In this document: piece by piece, positions 47,511-54,841 of the stretch
Layout of the letters: each line of letters opens with the position of its first letter
How positions within the stretch are numbered: the first letter of the stretch is position 1
Assembly: GCA_965249005.1 (NCBI GenBank)
Contig: CBDFLD010000011.1
Span: 8,303 to 72,302, forward strand
DNA length: 64,000 bases
From: Acidobacteriota bacterium
Lineage (GTDB): Bacteria; Acidobacteriota; UBA6911
Direction of reading: 5' to 3'
Made by a program: the position numbers and the translations under genes
Notes under the pieces: generated by a model
Told to the model about the DNA's origin: nothing
The model's database searches: none
The model's input: the letters and a program-made list of their open reading frames with translations, nothing else

Positions 47511-47580
47511 AACAAGAAATGGAAAACGGGGCGAGCGGATGGCGGTACGCGCGCCGGCCGGCGCATTTCTTGTTGATTTT
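47511..47580 (+). terminator. Long composite hairpin (AACAAGAAATG ... CATTTCTTGTT enclosing GCGCCGGCCGGCGC) followed by a T-rich tract
   Basis: 11-bp outer arms at 47511-47521 and 47564-47574, an inner GC palindrome, then GATTTTG. Lies 170 nt after the stop of the 45028-47343 gene. Confidence 0.5.
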
Positions 47581-47613
47581 GTCCCAGATTTCCCGTTTAA
47601 TTAATTAGTTCAA

Positions 47614-47713
47614 CTTATCCAGAGTGGTGGAGGGACTGGCCCTGAGAAGCCACGGCAACCAGCCCACTGAGGCAAGGTGCTAATTCCTGCAGAAAGAATT
47701 TCTGGACGATGAG
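47614..47713 (+). promoter_or_regulatory. SAM-I (S-box) riboswitch aptamer
   Basis: CTTATCCAGAGTGGTGGAGGGACTGGCCCTGAGAAGCCACGGCAACCAGCCCACTGAGGCAAGGTGCTAATTCCTGCAGAAAGAATTTCTGGACGATGAG matches the S-box core (AGAG.GG.GGAGGGACTGGCCC..GAA.CC.GGCAACC...AAGGTGCTAATTCC.GCAG...GATGAG) with P1 CTTATC/GATGAG. Confidence 0.9.
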
Positions 47714-47736
47714 TTGGAGAGCCGAGCGGATCATCC

Positions 47737-47767
47737 AACCCTTTCTTTCCGGAAAGGGTTTTTTTTT
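47737..47767 (+). terminator. Intrinsic terminator of the riboswitch expression platform
   Basis: AACCCTTTC-TTTCCG-GAAAGGGTT followed by a run of T. Lies 33 nt upstream of the ATG at 47800. Confidence 0.85.
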
Positions 47768-47799
47768 GCGCGCGGCTAGCCACGCAGAGGGAAACGCTG

Positions 47800-49071
47800 A
47801 TGAACTATATGAAGAACCTGATTTGTAAAGAGTGTGGAGAGGCTTTCGAGGCCGAGAAACAGTTCGTGTGTAGCTCTTGCTTCGGTCCATTGGAGGTGTC
47901 CTATGACTATGCTGCTCTGTCGCGTGCAATGGGACCCGAAGACATCACAAACCGTCCGTACAATCTCTGGAGGTACAAGGAGCTTCTCCCGGTAACCGGC
48001 CCCCCGGCCACCGGGTTCCAGTCCGGATGGACCCCGCTGGTAAGGGCAGATCGCCTAGCGAAGACATGGGGGCTGGAGCAGCTCTATCTCAAGGACGATT
48101 CGGTCAACCACCCGACCCTATCCTACAAGGAGCGAGTCGTTTCAGTGGCGGTCACGCGAGCCCGGGAGCTGGGTTTCAAGACCATCGCGTGTGCGTCGAC
48201 TGGCAACCTTGCCAACTCGGTTTCGGCACACTGCGCGAGGCTCGGATTGCCTTGCTTTGTCTTCATACCCGACACGGTCGAACCGGCCAAGATCGTCGGT
48301 TCGGGAATTTACCAACCGCAAATCGTGCGTATTCGAGGAAATTATGACGACGTGAATCGGTTGTGCAGCGAGATCGGGAACGAATATGGGTGGGGATTCG
48401 TCAACGTAAATCTCCGTCCCTACTATACCGAAGGGGCCAAGACCTTTGGTTACGAAGTGGTCGAGCAGCTGAATTGGCGACTTCCCGATCATACGGTTCT
48501 GCCGACCGCGGGCGGCACCTTGCTGCCGAAGGTATCCAAGGCATACCGTGAGCTCACGGACTTGGGGTGGGCCGAGGGCAAGTCCAAGATTCATGCCGCG
48601 CAGGCAGCCGGATGTGCGCCCGTCATCCATGCATTGCACTCCGGAGCCAGTGAGATTCGACCGGTCAAGCCGGACACGATTGCCCATTCGATCGCGATCG
48701 GGAATCCTACAGATGGTCCTTACGTGCTCGATTGCGTACGAGAGAGCAATGGTTGGGGCGAAACGGCCTCGGATGAGGAAATACTTCAAGCAATCCACCT
48801 TCTGGCAGAAACCGAAGGCATTTTCGCCGAGCCTGCGGCAGGCACAACCCTGGCTGTCTGCAAAAAACTCGTCGACCAGGGACGTATAGGTCCTTCCGAG
48901 ACCGTGGTAGTCGGAATTACCGGAAACGGCTACAAAGCAACAGAGGCTGTGGCTTCCCGTCTCAATTGCTCAGTCCAGCTGTCTTCTTCCTTGAAGGATT
49001 TTCAATCCTGGCACCAGTCCCAGAGCCAAGGATCGGCGAAGCCATCAACGTTTTCTGGAGCGATACCATGA
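47800..49071 (+). CDS. Threonine-synthase-family PLP enzyme with N-terminal zinc ribbon (candidate homocysteine-forming enzyme rather than ThrC)
   Basis: CKECGEAFEAEKQFVCSSCFGPLEV zinc ribbon. PLP-lysine motif HPTLSYKERVVSV. GNLANSVSAHCARLG. Overall ThrC-like fold-type II pattern. Preceded by the SAM-I riboswitch. Confidence 0.8.
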   Translation: MNYMKNLICKECGEAFEAEKQFVCSSCFGPLEVSYDYAALSRAMGPEDITNRPYNLWRYKELLPVTGPPATGFQSGWTPLVRADRLAKTWGLEQLYLKDDSVNHPTLSYKERVVSVAVTRARELGFKTIACASTGNLANSVSAHCARLGLPCFVFIPDTVEPAKIVGSGIYQPQIVRIRGNYDDVNRLCSEIGNEYGWGFVNVNLRPYYTEGAKTFGYEVVEQLNWRLPDHTVLPTAGGTLLPKVSKAYRELTDLGWAEGKSKIHAAQAAGCAPVIHALHSGASEIRPVKPDTIAHSIAIGNPTDGPYVLDCVRESNGWGETASDEEILQAIHLLAETEGIFAEPAAGTTLAVCKKLVDQGRIGPSETVVVGITGNGYKATEAVASRLNCSVQLSSSLKDFQSWHQSQSQGSAKPSTFSGAIP

Positions 49072-49358
49072 GCATCACAGTTCGAATTCCCACGCCGCTG
49101 CGACAATATACCGAGCAGGAATCCGAGGTTCAGCTCGAGGGCGCAACGGTCGGCGAAATTCTCGAAGGATTCAAGACTCGGTTTCCGGATGCAGGGTCCC
49201 GGTTCTTCTCCGCGGAGAGCAAAACGTCTCGCTTCGTCAATCTCTATCTCAACGACGAGGACATCCGGTTTCTCGGAGATCTCGACACACCGGTCAAGGA
49301 CGAGGATACGGTTTCTATCGTCCTTGCGGTCGCCGGCGGCTGCCACTCCTGCTCGTAA
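49068..49358 (+). CDS. MoaD/ThiS-family sulfur-carrier protein with C-terminal GG followed by a 5-residue extension
   Basis: MSITVRIPTPLRQYTEQESEVQLEGATVGEILEGFKTRFPD...DEDTVSIVLAVAGG-CHSCS. The ATG overlaps the upstream stop (ATGA). Confidence 0.75.
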   Translation: MSITVRIPTPLRQYTEQESEVQLEGATVGEILEGFKTRFPDAGSRFFSAESKTSRFVNLYLNDEDIRFLGDLDTPVKDEDTVSIVLAVAGGCHSCS

Positions 49359-50551
49359 AAACCGCTGCGCGCGCAAGCGCAAAGAGGCAGAGTCGAAACA
49401 AGCAAAACAGCCATGCCGTCAGCCCCCCCATTCCCGTTCACAGAAAGGGTCCATACAGGCCCGGGCGGCGCCGCGCGAATGTGGTCCCAGTCGAGATCGA
49501 AACCGATTCCCGGGCCGTCCGGAACACGAATCGTCCCCTGGGGGCTAACCGTGACCGGAGGTGAGATCGTGTCTCTCGCGTAGTACCTTTGGCTGGCGGA
49601 GACATCTCCCGGCAAACAGAATGTCGAAAGGCTGGACCGTGCGATATTGTGCGCACGCCCGATGCCTGTTTCCAGCATTCCGCCACACCAGAGGGGAATC
49701 TGGTGCAGGCCACAGTATTCGTGGATTCGCAGCGCTTCCCGATAGCCTCCGACACGGCCGAGCTTGACGTTTACGATGCGGCAGCTGCCCAGCTCTATGG
49801 CTTTGCGAACATCGTCCAGATGATGAATCGATTCATCGAGGCAGATAGGGGTTCGAAGCTCACCCTGAAGGCGCGCGTGATCGATGAGATCATCGTGAGC
49901 CAGCGGCTGCTCGATCATCATCAGATCGAAATCATCTAGCCTTTTCAGCAAGGGCAGGTCATCGAGGGTAAACGCGGCGTTTGCGTCGACCATCAACGGT
50001 ACCCGTGGGAACTCTCGCCGGACCTCCGTCAAGGGCTCGACCTCCCAGCCCGGTTTGATCTTGATCTTGACCCGTTGATAGCCTGCCGAGATTTCTCTGC
50101 GGACATGGTGCAGTAATTCCCGAACTGACTCTTGAATCCCGATCGACACCCCGCAGTCTATTTCCGCGCGCATGCCTCCCAGGAATCGGCTCAACGGTTT
50201 GCCTTCCTGTCGACTTTGCAGATCCCAGAGCGCCATCTCCATCGCTGCGATCGCGAGCCGATTCCCGCGAATGTGTCTGACCCTAGCTGCGGCATCGCGG
50301 GCGGGCCGGAGCCTTGACCCAACAAAAGCAGGCGCAACGAACTCCGATAGGATATGCCACGCGGTTTCCGTGGTCTCGCTGTTGTAGAGTGGAGCTTCCG
50401 GCGCGGCACACTCTCCGTACCCCTCCCCTTCACTGGAGCGGACCGTAACGAGGATGATGCGCCGTTCATAGGTGCGCCCGAAGCTGGTTTCGAAGAAGTG
50501 CACCAAGGGCATTCGAATTTCTCGGAGCTCCACAGAATCGATCTCGATCAA
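49244..50551 (-). CDS. menC: Enolase-superfamily enzyme, o-succinylbenzoate synthase / N-acylamino-acid racemase type
   Basis: MIEIDSVELREIRMPLVHFFETSFGRTYERRIILVTVRSSEGEGYGECAAPEAPLYNSETTETAWHIL ... KIKIKPGWEVEPL ... MMIEQPLAHDD ... ICLDESI. The last ~75 codons are non-conserved and overlap the sulfur-carrier gene antisense. Confidence 0.75.
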   Translation of the reverse strand: MIEIDSVELREIRMPLVHFFETSFGRTYERRIILVTVRSSEGEGYGECAAPEAPLYNSETTETAWHILSEFVAPAFVGSRLRPARDAAARVRHIRGNRLAIAAMEMALWDLQSRQEGKPLSRFLGGMRAEIDCGVSIGIQESVRELLHHVRREISAGYQRVKIKIKPGWEVEPLTEVRREFPRVPLMVDANAAFTLDDLPLLKRLDDFDLMMIEQPLAHDDLIDHARLQGELRTPICLDESIHHLDDVRKAIELGSCRIVNVKLGRVGGYREALRIHEYCGLHQIPLWCGGMLETGIGRAHNIARSSLSTFCLPGDVSASQRYYARDTISPPVTVSPQGTIRVPDGPGIGFDLDWDHIRAAPPGPVWTLSVNGNGGADGMAVLLVSTLPLCACARSGFYEQEWQPPATARTIETVSSSLTGVSRSPRNRMSSSLR

Positions 50552-50592
50552 TGCCCCTCCTCCCCCACGGGCCCGGAAGCGCCGGCGCGGCG

Positions 50593-50633
50593 CGCGGGTT
50601 GAGCGGCCGCGGGTTGAGCGGCCGCGGGTTGAT
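50593..50633. repeat. 15-bp tandem repeat, about 2.7 copies ((G/C)CGCGGGTTGAGCGG)
   Basis: Read directly in the menC/ubiA divergent intergenic region. It produces the RPRVE / PLNPR repeats seen in spurious ORFs. Confidence 0.8.
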
Positions 50634-51064
50634 TGGAATAGATTTGCACACCGGCGTCACCAGAAGATGACAGTGGTAATCTTGCCACACTAGGGGGTAA
50701 AAGGGCATGTCGGCGGTTGGGAATCCACCCCTCGGTGTGGCTATACAATCGGATTTGCTAGGGTGCTGAAGGGGACAGCTGGTGTTCCACAAAAAGCTTG
50801 CATCAGAAGCGTGGGTGATCCATTTAAACAGTAAGGGAGGCTCATGTGCGGCCTGCGATCCTCCGCTGCCCATCGAATTGCGATTGCAGCGGCAGGGGCA
50901 TTTGTTATTCTTTTTGTTTCGTTACACTTGCAGCGTTATCAAGGTAATTTCTCTTAGGACTTCCATTCAGTTGCCGATATGACCATTTGAGCCCAAACTC
51001 GGCAACGGTCCATCATTTCTCAACCCCTCGAGGGGTAGTGAACTCGAGGATAAACCGGAGTCGA

Positions 51065-51919
51065 ATGCTCAAAAAACTGAAAACCACGCTGGAAATGATA
51101 AAGATCGAGCACACGATCTTTGCACTTCCATTCGCTTTTGTAGGTGCCTTCATGGCCGCAAAGGGAATACCGGAGGCACATCACGCGGGCTGGATCATGG
51201 TGGCGATGGTCGGAGCTCGAAGTTCGGCGATGGCATTCAATCGTCTGGTAGACTCGAGATTTGACGCGCTCAATCCTCGCACATCGACGAGGGCAATCCC
51301 TCAGGGACAATTGAGCCGGTCCTTCGTTTGGGCCTTCGTGGTATCCTCCGCGTTACTGCTAGTCTTAGCGGCCTACCAGCTGAACCCCCTGGCGCTAAAA
51401 CTGAGTCCGGTAGCCCTGGGGCTCGTTTTCTTTTATTCGTTTACTAAACGGTTTACCTGGTTCTCCCACCTATTTCTTGGAACTGCTCTTTCGTGCGCCC
51501 CGATCGGCGCTTGGATCGCTATCCGCGGAGAACTAGGTTGGGAGCCGTTACTGCTTGGATTGGCCGTGGTGCTCTGGGTAGCTGGCCTGGATATCATCTA
51601 TGCCTGTCAAGACACCGAATTCGACCGGGGGGTGACTTTGCATTCGATCCCGAGCCGGTTTGGAATTCGAGTCGCACTATGGGTTTCCGGAGCCTTGCAC
51701 GCGGTGATGATAGTGCTTCTGGCTTGTCTGTTCTGGAGCAAAGGACTTTTCTTGAGCCTCGCGGGGCTGGCTCTCGTCGGGCTACTGCTGGCCTACGAAC
51801 ACACCCTCGTCAAGCCATCGGACTTGAGCCGGGTCAACCTCGCCTTCTTTACCATCAACGGTTGGATCAGCGTCCTGTTGTTCGTCTTTACCAGCATCGA
51901 CATCTTGAGGTCTAGCTGA
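51065..51919 (+). CDS. UbiA-family aromatic prenyltransferase (4-hydroxybenzoate polyprenyltransferase-related / menaquinone-type)
   Basis: [30 protein letters not shown] ... [21 protein letters not shown] (Asp-rich motif) ... YACQDTEFD. About 8-9 TM helices. ATG 51065 is preferred over the ORF-track start at 50987. Confidence 0.8.
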   Translation: MLKKLKTTLEMIKIEHTIFALPFAFVGAFMAAKGIPEAHHAGWIMVAMVGARSSAMAFNRLVDSRFDALNPRTSTRAIPQGQLSRSFVWAFVVSSALLLVLAAYQLNPLALKLSPVALGLVFFYSFTKRFTWFSHLFLGTALSCAPIGAWIAIRGELGWEPLLLGLAVVLWVAGLDIIYACQDTEFDRGVTLHSIPSRFGIRVALWVSGALHAVMIVLLACLFWSKGLFLSLAGLALVGLLLAYEHTLVKPSDLSRVNLAFFTINGWISVLLFVFTSIDILRSS

Positions 51920-51921
51920 CC

Positions 51922-53658
51922 ATGGCTTCCCAAATCGGCGAACTCCTAATAAGGGAAGACTTCATCAGCCAGGAACAGCTCGATGCAGCCCTGAAGCAGC
52001 AGCGCGAGCACGGAGGCCGTCTGGGCTCCATTCTCATCAACCTCGGCTACGTCGAAGATGACAACATCACCTCTGTGCTCAGCCGCCAGTACGGCGTCCC
52101 TTCCATCAACCTCACGTACTTCGAAGTAGACGCAGAGGCCATAAAGCTGATACCGATCGAGGTCGCTCAAAAATACATGTTGGTTCCCTTGAGTCGAATC
52201 GGTAACACGCTCACGGTTGCGACCGCCGATCCGACCAATGTCTTTGCCATGGACGACATCAAGTTCATGACGGGTTTCAACGTCGAGCCGGTGGTGGCGT
52301 CAGAGAGCTCCATCCAGGAAGCGTTGGAAAAGTACTACGGGACCGCGCACTCGATCGAGCTGAAGAGGGTCTACGCGCAGTTCGCGCAGGTGGAGAAAGA
52401 TGGAAGCATCGATCTGGATCTGGACACGGAGTTCGAGACGGAAGAGGAACTCTCGGCCGACCAGCTACAGCGATCGAGCGAAGAGGCGCCTATCATCAAG
52501 CTGGTGAACCTCATCCTATCCGATTCCATCAAACGGGGTGCCAGCGATATCCATGTCGAGCCGTATGAGCGGGATCTTCGGGTCCGGTTTCGAATTGACG
52601 GGGTTCTCTACAACATGATGAATCTACCGCTGCGTCTCAAAGACGCCATGACCTCCCGCATCAAGATCATGGCAAAAATGGATATTTCGGAGAAGAGACT
52701 TCCTCAGGATGGACGCATCAAGATCCGAACAAGCTACGATTCCAGAAAGAAGGAAATCGATTGCCGTGTTTCCACGCTGCCTACCCTGTTTGGGGAGAAG
52801 GTGGTGATGCGTATCTTGGACCGGGACATCTTGCCGTTGGATATGGCCAAGCTGGGTTTCGAGGAGGAATCCTTGAAGCGTGTGGAGGAGGCCATCCTGA
52901 AGCCTTACGGAATGGTTCTGGTGACCGGACCGACGGGAAGCGGGAAGACATCCACCCTTTATGCATCACTCAACCGGCTCAACACGCCCGAGACCAATAT
53001 CATGACCGCGGAAGATCCCGTCGAGTACAATTTCCGAGGCATCAATCAGGTCCAGATCCGAGAGCAAATCGGTCTCACGTTCGCTTCCGCCCTCCGTTCT
53101 TTTCTCCGTCAGGATCCCAACATCATTCTGGTTGGAGAAATCCGGGACTTCGAGACCACCGAAATTGCGATCAAGGCCGCTCTTACAGGACACCTCGTGC
53201 TTTCTAGCGTTCATACCAACGATGCCCCATCGACCATCTCTCGTCTGCTGAACATGGGGATCGAGCCATTTCTGGTTGCCACTTCCGTGCACCTTATCTG
53301 CGCCCAGCATCTCGTGCGTACGATTTGTAACGAGTGCAAAACCGAAATAAAAACCCCGATACAAACACTTATCGATATTGGCTTTTCTCCCGATGAAGCT
53401 AAAGAGGCCCAGACATACAAGGGAGAAGGATGCCGTAACTGCAATGGGACGGGTTACAAGGGCCGTCTGGGTCTGTATGAGGTGATCGACGTTTCCGAGG
53501 AAATCCAGGAATTGATCCTTGTCGGCGCTTCTGCAAGAGAGATCAAGCGCAAGTCCGTGGAAGAGGGCATGTTGACGCTGCGCCACAGCGGACTGACAAA
53601 GATAAAAAAGGGTGTCACCACGATCGAAGAGGTCTTGCGAGAGACCGTCAAGAACTAG
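51922..53658 (+). CDS. pilB: Type IV pilus assembly ATPase PilB (GspE family with N-terminal MshEN-type domain)
   Basis: T2SSE_N-type N-terminus, GPTGSGKTSTLYA Walker A, ILVGEIRD, tetracysteine CNECK...CRNCNGTGY. Confidence 0.9.
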   Translation: MASQIGELLIREDFISQEQLDAALKQQREHGGRLGSILINLGYVEDDNITSVLSRQYGVPSINLTYFEVDAEAIKLIPIEVAQKYMLVPLSRIGNTLTVATADPTNVFAMDDIKFMTGFNVEPVVASESSIQEALEKYYGTAHSIELKRVYAQFAQVEKDGSIDLDLDTEFETEEELSADQLQRSSEEAPIIKLVNLILSDSIKRGASDIHVEPYERDLRVRFRIDGVLYNMMNLPLRLKDAMTSRIKIMAKMDISEKRLPQDGRIKIRTSYDSRKKEIDCRVSTLPTLFGEKVVMRILDRDILPLDMAKLGFEEESLKRVEEAILKPYGMVLVTGPTGSGKTSTLYASLNRLNTPETNIMTAEDPVEYNFRGINQVQIREQIGLTFASALRSFLRQDPNIILVGEIRDFETTEIAIKAALTGHLVLSSVHTNDAPSTISRLLNMGIEPFLVATSVHLICAQHLVRTICNECKTEIKTPIQTLIDIGFSPDEAKEAQTYKGEGCRNCNGTGYKGRLGLYEVIDVSEEIQELILVGASAREIKRKSVEEGMLTLRHSGLTKIKKGVTTIEEVLRETVKN

Positions 53659-53676
53659 GCGGACACAGGGTTTGCA

Positions 53677-54810
53677 ATGCTGACTTTATCCGAAATGCTA
53701 CAAACGGTGATCGACGCCGGCGCTTCCGATCTCCACCTGACAAATGGGTCGCCGCCCCAGATGCGCGTGGACGGCCGGCTCCGCTGCCTCGACCAACCGT
53801 CACTGAACCCGGCGGAGACGAAGAGGCTCGCCTATAGCGTCATGACGGACTCTCAGAAGCATGCCTTCGAAGAAAATTGGGAGATCGATTTTTCTTTCGG
53901 TGTCAAAGATCTGTCCAGATTCCGCGCCAATGTCTTCACGCAACAAGGTTGTGTGGCCGCGGTCTTTCGCGCCATTCCCTTCGAGATCCGTAGTTTCGAG
54001 GCCTTGGGTCTCCCGGCTGTAGTCGAGAAAATGTGTGGCAAGCCCCGCGGGCTGGTTCTGGTCACCGGACCTACCGGAAGTGGCAAATCGACGACGCTTG
54101 CGTCGATGATGGACAAGATTAACCGGGAACGTTTCGAGCACATCCTGACGATCGAAGATCCCATCGAGTTCATTCACGAGCACAAGAGTTGCCTGGTGAA
54201 CCAGCGCGAAGTGGGTAGCGATACGCATTCATTCGGCGAGGCGCTCCGGGTGGCCCTCCGCGAGGATCCTGACATCGTGCTCATTGGTGAAATGCGCGAC
54301 ATGGAAACAGTCGAATCGGCGTTGCGGATCGCCGAAACCGGTCACCTCACGCTGGCAACACTTCACACCAACAGTACAGTCACGACAATCAACCGAATCG
54401 TGGACATCTTTCCCGCCAACCAGCAGGACCATATCCGGGTCCAGCTTAGCATGGTGTTGGAAGGGATCCTCTGTCAGTCCCTGATTCCTCGTGCCAGTGG
54501 TGTCGGCCGCTGCATGGCGCTGGAGATCATGATTCCAAACGCTGCCATCCGGAATCTGATCCGAGAAGACAAGATCCATCAGATCTATAGCTCGATGCAG
54601 ACGGGTCAGGAAAAGTACGGGATGCAGACTTTCAACCAGTCACTGGCCCATTTGGTCCTGACGCGCCAGATTCGACTGGCGGACGCTATCTCCAAGTCGT
54701 CCAACAGCAATGAATTGCAGGATTTGATCAATCGGGGAGTGGGCGTCAACCCAGCCGCGGGGATGGCGCGACAGCAACGCCCCGAAACCGTGGGACAGCC
54801 GGTTGGTTAG
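53677..54810 (+). CDS. pilT: Type IV pilus retraction ATPase PilT
   Basis: ASDLHLTNGSPPQMRVDGRL, GPTGSGKSTTLASM, ILIGEMRD, TGHLTLATLHTNS, AIRNLIRE motif. Confidence 0.9.
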   Translation: MLTLSEMLQTVIDAGASDLHLTNGSPPQMRVDGRLRCLDQPSLNPAETKRLAYSVMTDSQKHAFEENWEIDFSFGVKDLSRFRANVFTQQGCVAAVFRAIPFEIRSFEALGLPAVVEKMCGKPRGLVLVTGPTGSGKSTTLASMMDKINRERFEHILTIEDPIEFIHEHKSCLVNQREVGSDTHSFGEALRVALREDPDIVLIGEMRDMETVESALRIAETGHLTLATLHTNSTVTTINRIVDIFPANQQDHIRVQLSMVLEGILCQSLIPRASGVGRCMALEIMIPNAAIRNLIREDKIHQIYSSMQTGQEKYGMQTFNQSLAHLVLTRQIRLADAISKSSNSNELQDLINRGVGVNPAAGMARQQRPETVGQPVG

Positions 54811-54841
54811 AGGCGTTTAAGTACAAGGAAGGGAAGAAAAA

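Noticed and set aside
50466-50873. ORFs with RPRVERPRVERPRV / PLNPRPLNPRPLNP peptide repeats (50472-50693 plus strand, 50466-50873 minus strand)
   Set aside because: The peptide repeats are simply translations of the 15-bp DNA tandem repeat in an intergenic spacer. Both strands give similar artefacts, and there is no start context or homology.
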